Shown in pieces: positions 1-13,432 of a stretch of 64,000 bases of DNA (position 1 is its first letter; each line of letters starts with the position of its first letter). Source of the stretch: Octopus vulgaris (taxonomy: Eukaryota); contig OX597816.1 in assembly GCA_951406725.2 (NCBI GenBank), positions 68,882,001 to 68,946,000 on the forward strand. Direction: 5' to 3'. The notes beneath the pieces were generated by a model. That model saw nothing but the letters and a program-made list of their open reading frames with translations. It had not been told where the DNA came from and ran no database searches. Position numbers and translations under genes: made by a program.

Positions 1-189
1 GTATATCATCTCCACTGCTTGAACAGCACATGGAAACACGCTTGATGCTTTACGATCCATCTCCGGCCCCAAACACCATGTACAAAAAAAATACAATTAA
101 CTTAAATAATAACGGTATTATTCAACCCAAGAATAACAATTGTGAAGGGCTTACTTTACAATTGTTACACAAAAACTACGAAAAATTAC

Positions 190-1243
190 ATCCCTTTCTT
201 GTTTTTCTAACATGCACCATAAATATTCAATAATAATGAAATCTGGGGACTGTGGTGGCTAGATAAGACGTTCAACGTCACTAGAATGTTCTCCGTGCCA
301 TTCAGTAACATCTTTAGCTATGTGAATTGGTGCATTATCATCCTGAAAGATTGCGTTTCCTCCCGGAAACAATTCAACAACCATAGGATGAATTTGATCA
401 GATAAATGCTTAAAAAGTCTTGATATTAATTCTACCATGAAAGGAAACCATTGGGTAGGCGGATTTTCAAGTTATAGACCCCACCAGATCCTCACAGTTC
501 CTCCTCCATGTTTAGAAGAATGTAGTCTGGGTCATTCTTCTTTTGGCTGTCTCCAAACGTATACTCGGCCGGTGGTCGTAAATAAGGTTAAGGATGACTC
601 GTCCGAAAATATAACATTCTTCCAGTGCTCCAGGGACCAATTCTGTAGGTTCTTACTCCACTCTAAACGTTTTGCAACGTTTGTTTTCGTAAGTAGTGGT
701 TTTCTGATTGCAGCCCTCCCGTGAAATCTGGCTTTGTGCAGCTCCCGGCGAACAGTTTTTTGTGGAAACTGTGTTTTCGAGTTGGTCATTAAACTCTGCA
801 GTAATTTTGAGAGCTGTACTTCTATGATCCTTTCTAACAATTCGCGTAAGAGTCTGACCGTCTCTATCTACATGTTTTAGGTTTCTTCTGGAGTTTTGCT
901 TCGACGAGGAGGTTTAATCCTCTTTCTCAAAGGCTGTCATAACTTTCCAGACAATACTTCTTGATTCCCCAAATATTTCGGCTGTTTTCGTTACGCTAGC
1001 GCCTGCCATACCAACACTAACTATTTGACCTATTTGTAAGTCCGTTAGATCAGTCATTTAATGAATTTTTATTACCTTTTTCTGATGTTAACTGAAAAGG
1101 GACAGCAATTTTAGCAAAACATTAAGCAACACTAATAATAACTAAAAACATATAAAAATAAGCAAGCGTTTGACGTTTTTATAGATATTTCAAAATTATT
1201 TTGCAATGATGCTAGTTGTTTCCATTATTCTATCCAACTCCTG
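190..1243 (-). mobile_element. Decayed Tc1-family DNA transposon (DD36E spacing); one TIR retained
   Basis: Minus-strand translation from ATG at 1057 gives MTDLTDLQIGQIV..MAGASVTKTAEIFG (HTH), then WKNVIFSDESS..GRVYVWR and FQDDNAPIH...*PPQSPDFIIIEYLW. Stops and frameshifts present. TIR-like CAGGAGTTGGATAGAATAATGGAAAC begins at 1243 next to TA. Confidence 0.9.
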
Positions 1244-1273
1244 TATATGCATATACATATGTATAAATGTATA

Positions 1274-1431
<158 letters not shown>

Positions 1432-2115
1432 TGGACCGAATTGCCCGAGATGCAGTCAGAGCGAAGAGACCATTCTGCATGCACTCGTGCAGAGTCCAAC
1501 CATTTGGACGGCTGCTGTCTTGTGTGGGAGTCCGCCTATCGGCCGTGTCTATCGTGAGAGTTGATCCGCCCCCTTCCCTCAACCAGGAAGGCAAGGCAGT
1601 TTTCATCGTACTGGTGGCCATGGTGAAAGAATGTGTGCGGTGGACTCGAGGGAAAGGATTAGAGACAAACACCTCTCTGGCCAATCGCTCATCAACTCTT
1701 TCAAGAACCACTTGAAAAGGAAGGTGAGAATGGAGAGGCAGGTTTTGTCTCGTGAAAGTTTAAAAAAAAGGTGGGTGAATGTAGCAAAGATGGTGCGTGC
1801 GAGTGACGAAACCACTTTGAGCATGATCTTGTAAATCGTAAAAGAGAGAGAGAGAGAGAGCACTTTGTGTTTTTTCCTCCCTGCCTGAGGTTACCGTGGT
1901 CTTTTCTTTAGGCTTTTCTTTCCACGGATGAACCTAATCCTGTTTTGTTACTTTGAAAATTTTTTTTTCTCTCTGTGATACACGATCCCTTTTGATCGAA
2001 ATTTTACATTTGTTTCCTTTTTTTTCTTCTTTTCCCTTTTCCATCTCCGAAAAGAAAAATTCTACATTTGTAATTGCCCCTTCTGTGTCCAGCCTTGTGT
2101 GGCCAATAAAGAAAG
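1432..2115 (+). mobile_element. 5'-truncated Tx1/L1-clade LINE: ORF2 C-terminus plus 3'UTR
   Basis: CPRCSQSEETILHALVQS matches the L1/Tx1 ORF2 C-terminal cysteine motif. Frameshifted continuation ...ERQVLSRESLKKRW... stops at 1834. T-rich 3'UTR ends AATAAAGAAA. Confidence 0.8.
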
Positions 2116-2141
2116 TTATCTATCTATCTTTCTATCTTTTT

Positions 2142-2180
<39 letters not shown>

Positions 2181-2182
<2 letters not shown>

Positions 2183-2304
2183 GGAGTAAACACATAAATG
2201 TGAAACAAGGTGGAAAAAAGAGTACTCAAATACGAGTGGTAGAGTAATATGCTTTATTTTAAGCAGCAGAAAATTCAACAGATTTTGTTGAATTTTTCTG
2301 CTAC

Positions 2305-2310
<6 letters not shown>
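2181..2310. repeat. Short fold-back element remnant between (TA)n tracts
   Basis: aagcagcagaaaattcaaca / tgttgaatttttctgctactt hairpin, flanked by TA runs. Confidence 0.5.
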
Positions 2311-2375
<65 letters not shown>

Positions 2376-2629
2376 TTTTATATTAATCTTAATCTTATTT
2401 CGGCCAAAGTTCTTTCGTCACACTCCTGTGACCGCATCAGTGTCCTTTGTTTTCTTCTCACTTATTTTGTTTTTGTTGTTGTTGCTTTTGTTCTAATTTT
2501 GTTCATGTGTTTACATCCACCCATGTGTTTTTATTGGCTAAACTGGCAATATGACCATTCCGAAATATAACAATATCTGTTTCAACACACGACTTCACAT
2601 AAAAAATCTTGCACAACAAATATTTAAAC

Positions 2630-2669
<40 letters not shown>

Positions 2670-4145
2670 GCATGTATGTGTGTACTATATACTTTCATTC
2701 GTAGATATGTACGCGTGGGCTCTATATATTCCATGTGTTTTTATCTTCCTGAATCGCTTTCATTCTTTGGTATGGTTTTTCTTATTTTGGTTTACCGTAA
2801 TCGCCATCTTCCTTGCCCTCCTTATCCCTTAAACTTCTGTTGACCATTCTCCGTTTCTTTCCCTCTTATTTCTTATTCCTGACGTCCTCTTTCTCTTTCA
2901 TATATTTTCTTCCATGATCTTTTATATTCCTCAGTTGCATCCATCCATCACACAAAACCTATCATTCATCACAACTTCACGCGTTTTATCAGCTGCCTAC
3001 TCACATTTCCTCTCTCTACCTCCATCTTTCTCAGTCGTTTCCTTTCTATTTCGAATCTAAAACATTCATACTCTTTGTTGTAATTTGATTTTTGTTTGCC
3101 GCTTCTAAACCAGTTTGTTTGTTAGTTCCGTTTCTTACGTCTTTATTTTGCCTCACACGAGCCTGGAATATATCACCAAATCTTCAAGAAATAAGTTAAT
3201 AATCTCAAGGACTGGTTTAAAATTATACAGCTAACGTTATTCTCATGATAAACGACAGCTATCGTTTATCGTTTCATGGCGGAATAAAATCTAAGGAAAT
3301 CTGATTGATAACATTCTATAACAAAAGCCGAAACTTTGATCATTAAAATTAATCAGATCAGAACATGAACATTTTTCAATGAATGTTTATTATATTGTCT
3401 TACCACATTCATTCAGCAAACCAGTCCATCCTCAATGTAAAAAAAAAAAAAAATAGGAGAAAAAAATGATTAATGACTTTTCAATTTTTCTCAACAAAAC
3501 GTGTCATCGAACATGATAGAAAGAATACTCAGCCGGACATTATCGTCGATAATTATATTAATTTATTTTGTGGTATTTTAGTAAAAGAAGATTTTGGGTG
3601 TGGTTTTCAAGAGAGACAAGGACGAAAAAAGTAATATTAATGTTTTATGTACTGGAATAATGTAAAAGAGTTTTATATCGAAAAAAAAGTCAATAATACC
3701 TTGTCACAATCGATGTACAAACAGTGTAACTTAAGATAATTGTATGTATACATGAATATATAAGTCTTATGTATTTATATATATGTCTTCAAATATACAC
3801 ACACACACAAATAAGAACACACACACATATACATATTACTCGTCTGTATATGTCTATGTATGTGTGTATTATATACATTCACGTATATCCACATATATAC
3901 ACTCATGCATCCATATATTCTCACGTGCGCATCAAACTTGTATGTATGCCCGCGCCTGTGTCTGTATCTGAGCACACATATTTATATATGCAGGGGTCTA
4001 TAACTATCTACATATTGTAATATTTCGCAAACACATTCTCGAACAGAATGATAGTACTGTCTATGTATGTATATATGTATGTATGTATGCATGAATATAT
4101 ATATATATATGCATGAATATATATATATATATATATGCATGTATG

Positions 4146-4285
<140 letters not shown>

Positions 4286-4908
4286 TGTTTTTATATGCGT
4301 ATATAAATGAATGTAGTTTTCTGCCCACATATTAATACGTTCGGAAAATGGTTTGAATATACATGTCTGTGAGTACCTAGGCCGACGTTCCTTTCAAATG
4401 ATATATAATGTCTATTTGCATATTTTCGAAGTTTCCCCACAATAGTGCTTATATTCTTTTATAAAAAGAAATTCTGGTGTCTCTAATTTCTATTGAGGTC
4501 ACAGATATTTCGTTTCAGTTTAAGTTGAATATATTTAATGAGTGCAATATCTCTATAGAAATATAGAATTGAATTACAATACCTCTTAGAACATAGAATT
4601 AATTTAGGAAATATGAATATAATTATATTAAGTACAATAACTACTATTTCAGTACGCAGTTGGATAAAAAAAAAAATTAACATTGAATATTTCAATGATT
4701 TTTGGCCAGATGTAATGCACACACACATGCACACACACATATGTAAGTATATTTGTATCTTTGTGCATATATGTATGAATGTGTGTATAGAAAAATGTAT
4801 CTCTAGTTATATAATTTATTAATATTAAAGATGTATAGGTGTAATGTATTATAAAATCAGATATATATATATATGCACATACATATGTAATATGCACATA
4901 CATAGGTA

Positions 4909-4953
<45 letters not shown>

Positions 4954-4956
<3 letters not shown>

Positions 4957-5567
4957 AGATAAAAGCAACAAGAATGGATTAGTTGTTCAGTACAATTGTT
5001 TCATACGAAGAACAGCTTTATTAAAAGCTGCAAATATTGCAGCCAATACAAGTGTCCCGTATTCATCAGCCAAAACACATATGAGTTTTCCAAACATCCC
5101 AGGGGGTGAGGCTACACTCATGAAGTATCGAAGAGAGTTCTAAGAAAAGCAAAGTTAGATTGTAAGCAGACTTCAAAAGTTCTCTAATGATGCACAGTTT
5201 TATAAAAGGTTTTTTAAAAAGTTTGTTAGCTTCACAAAAAAGGTAAATCCTCTTCTGTGAAGCTAACAAGCTTTTTTAAAAACCTTTTATAAAACTAGGA
5301 TGTTTGGAAAGCTCATATGTGTTTTGGCTGATGAATACGGAACACTTGTATTGGCTGCAATATTTGCAGCTTTTAATAAAGCTGTTCTTCGTATGAAACA
5401 ATTGTACTGAACAACTAATCCAGTCTTGTTGCTTTTTTCTTGTTTATAATCACCCCACATTATTTTATGGTTATATACCATATAGATTTCTGGTGCATCT
5501 AAATTAAGTACCGCATTCATGTGAATTCATTGGAACTCACTTGAATCTTAATTGTTTTTACTGAAAT
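4954..5567 (+). mobile_element. Asymmetric fold-back element in (TA)n with hammerhead motifs on both strands; same family as 56852-58403, probably PLE-derived
   Basis: Inverted arms 4954-5099 / 5298-5443, inner hairpin about 5197-5296, and unique tail ttataatcaccccacatta shared with 58285 onward. Confidence 0.85.
5322..5412 (+). ncRNA. Type I hammerhead ribozyme motif with long stem II; mirror copy on - strand at about 4985-5076
   Basis: ttttgg-CTGATGA-atacg...cgtat-GAAA-caattg-TA-ctgaa: conserved core, stem II atacg/cgtat, palindromic stem III, GUA triplet. Stem I relies on G-U pairs. Confidence 0.75.
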
Positions 5568-5627
5568 TATATATATATATATGTATATATACATATATAT
5601 ATATGTATATATATATGTATATATGTG

Positions 5628-5703
<76 letters not shown>

Positions 5704-5821
5704 TATGTATGTATGTATACATATCTTTTGAAATTATATATATTTTCATGAACCGTCTGACAGTTCAGATGTTGTCCATAATTGTATTAGCGAGCGTGGG
5801 TGTCTTTGATACGAACATCTT

Positions 5822-5891
<70 letters not shown>

Positions 5892-6819
5892 ATGTGTGTG
5901 TGCGTGTGTGTGTGTGTGTGTGTATTCTTCGCTTTGCTTGTCAATTCTTCTCTCTTGAAAGTTATTTAAAACTATTTTGGTATTTCGTTCAAGAAAGACA
6001 AACGCTCTAGGAAGATCTACCATATATACGATCATGATCGCCAAAATATTATCTTCGTTTTGAAGAATAAAACATATAGTAAACATTTTAAACATTCTTC
6101 ACTAATGACTGAGATGAAAGACAATCTATCTAAAATATTCTTCTATTGTATCACTCACTATATTTTTAATACTTTAACAAATAATTATACGTCATACTAC
6201 ATCCGTGTTTCGTTATCAGAGGAAAGTTCATATGGATAAACAGAAGGTCATACTGTCTTTGAATAATTGCTGTAGTGATTTAAAAAATACTCATACGTAT
6301 GTAGGTAACTGCCTTACGAATAATAATTTATAAATGTTTTATCTATAATACATTGCGTGGAATTTTGTTTCTCTGTTTTTAATCCAGTACTTACGCATAA
6401 TATACGTATGGCATAATGCACATATATGTGTAATAAGACGGTCTATGTCATTGACTTTTAGGTTATACCTAAGTTTACATATGTGGAATGCTGTAGATGA
6501 TTGATAAACAAAAATGATGACAGGCGACAGTTAAATTAAAGAGTATGCATCAATTAAATGTTGATTCAAAGTATAAATTTTAGAAAATACTACACTCTGC
6601 GCGGTCTTCGCCTTACAAAATTACCCTTATTTTCGCCATTAAACGATATCTCTAATAATGATAACACTACACTATCGACTTAGCAGGTACTACAATCCTT
6701 AGTATATGACATATGCTTCTTATTTGTTATTATGGCCGAATTCTAAACCAAGCCGCACCAATAAAGTCCACCGGGCACACTTCTCGCTCCAACATCACTC
6801 TCTCGAGGTTCTGGATATA

Positions 6820-7480
6820 TTCCAGGCCAGTGTCTGCAATCAAGTTATCGATATAAGTGTGATGACCTTCTCCTCTTCTTACCTGATCATGAAGTAGATT
6901 CCACCGGACTAACGTGCATGCTTACGGACTAACGTGCGCGCAGTGACCAGATAATCACAGCCGCCTTTGCATGATCTTGTCGCTAACTCTCTAGAAAGTC
7001 ATTCATTTGTAATGTGTTTCTACCTTTTAACAATTAAGGCCATTGGTATCATCTTTATATATCATCTTTATGTAGCCCGCTTGATAATTACTTTGTCAGT
7101 GTCCACGTTTCACTGCCATATAATAACGTTGATTTGATAGTTGCAATGATCAACTTGATTACGACTGGCCTGAGAAATCTGGTGTTCCAGACCTTTTTTA
7201 GTTTGTAACAGGCTGCCCAAGCTTGTCCGTTCCCTGTTCATGCTTGTCCTTGCTCCAGAACTGCTTACACAACCACCTAAGTACCTGAAGCCTTCAGCAA
7301 CATTCAAGTTGGAACTGCGCAGGGCAGAATAGTTCAGAATTACTTGCTTTGTTGGAAGACATATGCTTACATATTGATGATCGAGAGTTTATATGTTTGT
7401 AGAGAGCGTTCGCTTTCTCCTACTTGTTAAGTATATCAGGTTATTCCGGTAAATGCTCACCTTTATCAATGATGTTGTCT
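6820..7480 (-). mobile_element. Highly decayed RTE-like LINE RT/C-terminal fragment
   Basis: Minus-strand fragments such as EGFRYLG and a decayed RLxGHCAR-like segment; many stops. Confidence 0.5.
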
Positions 7481-7539
7481 CACACTTCAACTAAGTAACT
7501 GAGTACGCAATATACGCTTAAGCATACACACACACACTC

Positions 7540-7596
<57 letters not shown>

Positions 7597-7609
7597 CATA
7601 ATATATACA

Positions 7610-7641
<32 letters not shown>

Positions 7642-7795
7642 AAACATGCTGTTTTTCATATCCTGACGTCAAATGCACTTCGAAAGATTTGGTCGGCCCG
7701 ACGCCATAGTAGATGTCACTTGACCAAGATGCCATACAGTAGCACTAAACCAGGGCTCATGTAACCATGCATATGCACGCAGCCATGCCTATGCT

Positions 7796-7851
<56 letters not shown>

Positions 7852-8179
7852 GTACTATTTCAGCTACAAACTAGACTTAATTTCCATTCACATATTTCCA
7901 AAATTCACATATTTCAAAAGTTTAACATTATAACCTTTTCCATAAATCAACTATCGGAAGCATTTTATACGATGACGACGATGACGTTACATTTTCTATA
8001 TGTGTGTGTACCTTAAAAGACATCAATGTCACCTTCACTTGCTCATTCTCTGTCTGTATTATTGTTCATAAGTTCCGAAATATTGGCATATTTGGGCCAC
8101 CTCGGAAAAAACACAAATAATGCGTGGTGCTATTCATAGTCGCCTTCTTTGACATGCTTTCATGTAGCTAATCTTGCTA

Positions 8180-9520
8180 GCAATGCAAACGATACCAAAG
8201 TCTCTCAGAGGATAGAGATGTGCATCTACAACGTGAGTTGAACCCAATATACAGGTGGGCTGAGGGAAATATCATGCAGTTTAACACTGGAAAATACCAA
8301 GCCCTTCACAACCAACAAAGGAAGCCCAGTGAAAAGAGATAGAATATACTGGCCCAGGAGGGATTCCAATCCCTAAACCAACATCAGTGCATGATCTGGA
8401 CATAGACATGAGTAATAATGCATCTTTCCAGGTGCGCATTACCAAGTTGCAATAAAACTCAGATGTCTGGTCGGGCTGATGCTTCGAACTTTCAAAACAA
8501 GAGAAAAGGAAACCATGATAGTCCTCTAGAGGACTTTCGTTCTCAGTCGTCTGGATTACTGCTCCCAAATGTGGTCACCAAACAGTGTAAATGTAACGAC
8601 AGAGCTAGAGACGACCCGGCGATGCTAAACTAGGAGGATCGGCACAATGCAACATATCAACTACTGGGAGAGAACGAAAGAGTTACGACTCTATTCACTG
8701 GTGCGAAGGTGCGAAAGATATGCAGTAATATAGTTCTGGAAAATCCTATAAAAAACTTGTTCCTTTACTACTTACACAAACAGTACGACGTGGCGCTTCC
8801 AAAGATCCAGACATTGCCATCAGGATACAATACCAGATACTGCAACAGCTTGGGCTTCAAAGCCCACAGCTCTTCGATATCCACCCATAAAGTCTGAAAA
8901 ACTTGCATGGCATAGATATAGGCGTTTTCAAAACAAAACTAGCTCCATCTGTCAAGAGTCTGGATGAACATATCACAAGGTAAGAAACACAGATGAGGGC
9001 AGCAACGTCAGTGGAGGCGCAATGGCCCAATGGTTAGGGCAGCGGACTCGCGGTCGGAGGATCGCTGTTTCGATTCGCAGACCGGGCGTTGTGAGTGTTT
9101 ATTGAGCGAAAACATCTAAAGCTCCACGAGGTTCCGACAGGGGGTGGGGGTTGGCGACCCCTGTTGTATTCCTTCGCCCCAACTTTCTCTCACTCTTTCT
9201 TCCTGTGTCTTGTCCCCGACTTCCTACGCAACCGCTGAGCTTGGATGCGCATTTATCCATCCGTCGATGCTCTCGGTGTCGGGGGTTGACCTGCTTTCTC
9301 TTCTGCGGGTCTTTAGCAAAGGACCACGTTTTGGACTTAGCCTATCTTGCGAGCTCTGGGATGAAGACCGCTTCGCTCAACTGCAACAGCAACAGCAGCA
9401 ACATCAGCTCCCTCATCCACCAAATGTCACATATCAGAGGAGGTTTAGCGAAAGTGTAGCACATTAAACGGCGTTGCCCCACCATGGCTACAGTCTTTGC
9501 ATTGAAACTTCCACAGCAAA
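8180..9520 (+). mobile_element. Decayed CR1-group LINE 3' portion interrupted by a SINE
   Basis: Frame reading RTFKTREKETMIVL*RTFVLSRLDYCSQMWSP, typical of the CR1-group ORF2 C-terminal region. The LINE resumes after 9395. Confidence 0.7.
9013..9393 (+). mobile_element. tRNA-derived SINE (tRNA-Arg-like head, octopus OR-type)
   Basis: A box TGGCCCAATGG, B box GTTTCGATTC, (CAA/CAG)n tail. TSD-like gcagcaacgtcag / gcagcaacatcag. Confidence 0.85.
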
Positions 9521-10254
9521 AAATCATATCATATCGATAAATAGACGTATCTATCTACATACATCTACAATCGCTTTTGCATAAAATTAAATATGGTAAT
9601 ATGCAAGAATTTTTTGTTTCCATTACAAAGGTACTTTCATGATTCTAATAAACATAGACGTCAAAGCATTACAACTGTACAAGTAGGTAACTATACTGAG
9701 AAGGAGTCTGCAAAATTCTTAACTAAATAATATTAATCACGAGTCTTGCTGTTAGTATTGCAAATATGCTAAAATGCCGGAGAAGAATCTCCTTGCACAA
9801 TATGATATATTTTCATACAAATACAACATTTTTACGAAGGTGTCAAAAACAGATTGGCTAAGATGACTTCGTTTCACAGTTACATATTTCTACATCAGGT
9901 GGCCGCCGAAGTAGTATGAAAACTAATATGGAATCTAAAGAAAAGAAGTAACAAGTGATTTAGCTAAATGAATGCACTTCAATTTGAAATATCTCTACTC
10001 TAAAAGCAAGCGCCTTGCACCTGCAAAATGGTGTTGGTTTCAATGTTTTTTATTTGGTTTATTCTTTGTGGATTTGCTAAATCAAGAATGCTTATGGCTG
10101 CGACTTGGGGAGGATATTCGTCGATGGTAGTGGTGGAATATGGATAAACGAAAACGCATCCATTGCTATTAATCATTACGTCAGTCATTACAATAAGCCC
10201 AGCTAGAGTCAAGTGGATTCGGATTTCCCTAGCAGTAAATGTTTGGAAGTGACT

Positions 10255-10440
10255 AAAAGTGGCTGCCATTGAAGGCTCTGATTCACTTTTACACTTTGTG
10301 AAATGGTGGAATTGTGCAAGAGAAAATCTTACCAGTACTTGATTACACATGGAGTTATTTTTAAACCAGAGAACTGTAGAATCAAGGATACACTGAAGAG
10401 AAATCAGGTGGCGTTCAAGCCATTGACAATTGCAACATAC
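10255..10440 (+). repeat. Second copy of the PLE 3' (pLTR-like) segment, inverted relative to 11304-11487
   Basis: Diverged reverse-complement match over about 180 bp. Confidence 0.8.
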
Positions 10441-11289
10441 TACTTGAAACTATTCACATTCTCTTATGAGACTAACCTAAAGCAAAACAAACAAAAATTG
10501 AAGTAATATTTTTAGCCTTTTTCTCTCAGAATTGACAGGGAATGAAATAGTTTTGCATTCCCTTAAGTATGGAAAATGCTTTTTCAAGATATTATATTCC
10601 TGAAAAATTATCTATGATTGACATCTGAAATGGCAGATGACGAAAAACAATATGTTAAATTATTGTAAAATCAGTTTAGAATTTCTCAGTACCAAATTTT
10701 AAACTATAAACCCTTATAGTTTTCAATTTTTTCCTTTTATGCAGAAGGCGTTAAGAAGAAAACAGAATACTTTCTACACGACTTAGTAAATGATTTAAGA
10801 TGGAAACAATTTGGATAAATTTTTTGAAATGTTAAATCTTCTGAAATGTTACAGGAAGTATTACAAATCAGTTATGACTTATTTTCAGTATCCAAGAAAG
10901 ATTATACACACCGGAACACACATATAATAAAGATTAATGGTTCAAATATGGCTTTCCGACTACATTCCTATAGGGTTGCTCTTACTTTCATATTATCATG
11001 TGCAAGTTAATGAACAACTGAGCTATATCTAAACGGTATATTCTTGTAAATAGAAACTGTGCAGAATTCCGCAGTATATACATCATACATGAATACATAC
11101 ACACATGCGTATATATTTATACACACACATGTATGTAGGCATATATTTCTATATACAAATATATATATGTGTGTGTGCGCGTGTGTGCGTGAATGCGTGA
11201 CTGTGTGTGTCCTGTGTCTATGTGGGGTGTGTGAGTGCGTGACTGTGTGTGCCCTGTATATATATATATAAGGAAAAGGAAAAAGAAAA

Positions 11290-11766
11290 CATGTTGAGTT
11301 GTGGATGTTGTAATTGTCAGTGGCTTGAACGCCACCTGATTTCTCTTGAGTATATCCTTGATTCTACAGTTTCCTGGTTTAAAAATATCTTCATCTGTAA
11401 TGAAGCACTGGTAAGATTATCTCTTGCACAATGCCACCACTTCTCAAAGTGTGAAAGGGGATCAGAGTCATCAATGGCAACCACTTTATTAATTATTTAT
11501 TTATTAATGAAAATTGCGTCTTTATTTAATCTTTGCTGTACTGAGGTGGTCTGTTGACATTGATAAAAAGGGAAGTTCGGTTTAAGGTTACTAGCACATC
11601 TTTCTATATGCTCACTGACCTGTATCTGTCTATATTGCGGGTAGCGGATTTGTACTTTGTGAAGAGTTGTTCTTCGTTGGAGTGACAATGCTGTTTGGCC
11701 GACATGGTGATTCCCGTGTCGTAAGCAGGTAATAACATAGATTAAGTTTTCAGAGCCAACTTTCAT
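11290..11766 (-). mobile_element. Penelope-like element 3' fragment: GIY-YIG endonuclease plus pLTR
   Basis: ORF 11497-11766 reads SENLIYVITC...HVGQT..LQRRTTLH..QIR.PQYRQI.VSEHIERC, a decayed PLE GIY-YIG. catccacaactcaacatg is inverted at 11290-11307 versus 11777-11794. Confidence 0.8.
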
Positions 11767-12231
11767 AAATAAATATCATCCACAACTCAACATGAATACA
11801 CAACTTAATACAGGACACTAGTAACCTTACCAATACCTATAATTCCTACTTATCTCTATACATCCCATACACCATTCATATTCCAGTATTTATATTCACC
11901 TTAATTGCATCATTTCCAGAACTGCTTACCTCCCTTGCATGTGGTCTTTTTACTCAGGTACTATTAGACCCAACACCGTTTGGAAATCGGTGTTCATTCA
12001 AAGTCAGCGATCAGTTCACACGATACCGGTATGACTTTGAATCGCGATAATGATTCAAAATAAAGATTTATATACTTCATAATTGCACCTTGTATAATCT
12101 AAATGTATGTATATATTTTTACTTTTCTTAAAAAAGCCTTTATTTTTAAAATCTGATTTGTATTTTCTGTTTTCTTTATACTTTTCCCCTATTTTTACCA
12201 AGTGTAGTCTTTTTTCTTTGAAACCTATCTA

Positions 12232-12299
<68 letters not shown>

Positions 12300-12305
<6 letters not shown>

Positions 12306-12413
12306 ATCCCGTGACGGACCAGACCATCAGATGTTGCTACACATCGCTGGTCACAATGCGTTCGCATTGTTTTAGCATTCGAATGACGCCACCCTGCTGG
12401 CTAAGCGAGCAGG

Positions 12414-12417
<4 letters not shown>
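12300..12417 (-). mobile_element. SINE 3' fragment (family of 13140-13432)
   Basis: Shares gctacacatcgctggtcacaatgcg...gagcaggccaa with about 13160-13245. Confidence 0.75.
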
Positions 12418-12478
<61 letters not shown>

Positions 12479-12599
12479 TAATGAGAGGATATGTTTACCT
12501 CGTGAAGGGATGGTTGCATCCAAGGTAATCTCGGTTCAATACCTAGTAATGTTGGAGAATGAATTGATGGGTTCGCATATAACATCTCAAGGTGCATTG

Positions 12600-12695
12600 T
12601 TTTCTGATGAAAATATGCACATATCCCATAAATGCAAATTTAATGTATACATTTGTAATTAAATTATTGAGTATTAATTGAAACGGCTGTAAGAA
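12600..12695 (+). ncRNA. Degenerate long-stem-II hammerhead-like motif
   Basis: tttt-CTGATGA-aaatat...gtattaatt-GAAA-cggct-GTA-agaa, in a TA-flanked unique segment. Stems are imperfect. Confidence 0.45.
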
Positions 12696-13139
12696 GCGAA
12701 GATGACGAAGTTGTTAATAATACATAATTGTTAACTTCCTTATCTTCATTTCCTTTTCTTCATTTAACTGTATATATATGTATATATTAATATATTCATA
12801 TATGTGAGTGAGTATTTACATGTAGGTATATGTGTATGTGTGAATGCACGATAACTAGTATTAGGGTGTAGTATTCACCAGCACGAGAACTAGTTTCAAT
12901 TTTGAGACGTGATTTACGCTCTGCTCTTGAACTAAATATTTCAGATTACGTTGCTGCACTCCATTCAGCTGAGAATGAGGTAATTTCAGGTAGAGTGGCA
13001 TCAGTTCAGAGGAAAAGATGCAAGCAGGGTCACATCAGTCGAAAGCTACAACGATGCGAATAAGCATAAGCGCTTTGGTAGAAGCGGTTTATAATAACAT
13101 ACAACAGTCATGTTTTATATGCATATATATATATAGCAC

Positions 13140-13432
13140 CATGACCACCATGACCGACCAGGCTACACATCGCTGGTCACAATGCGCTTCGCATTGTTTT
13201 AGCCTTCGAATGACGCCACCCCGCTGGCTAAGGGAGCAGGCCAACAGAAGAAAGAGTGAGAGAAATTTGTGGCGAAAGAGTACAGCAGGGATCGCCACCA
13301 CCACCTGCCGGATCCTCGTGAAGTTTAGGTGTTTTCGCTCAATAAACACTCACAACGCCCGATCTGGAAATCGAAACTGCGATCCTACGACCGCGAGTCC
13401 GCTGCCCTTATCACTGGGCCACTGCGTCTCCA
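13140..13432 (-). mobile_element. tRNA-derived SINE (OR-type head)
   Basis: Reverse complement begins gtggagacgcagtggcccagtgataagggcagcggactcgcgg, the same head as 9013. Confidence 0.85.

Noticed and set aside
2402-2446. Minus-strand hammerhead-like motif CTGATGC-G-GTCAC..GTGAC-GAAAG..CTT
   Set aside because: Core A9 is changed and stem I is mismatched. It is possibly a decayed copy but not supportable alone.
9013-9085. tRNA-like sequences here and at other SINE heads
   Set aside because: They continue into repeated SINE bodies and lack a complete cloverleaf, so they are not tRNA genes.
10000-10350. 116-aa minus-strand ORF
   Set aside because: No recognisable motif, and it overlaps a repeat-derived segment.
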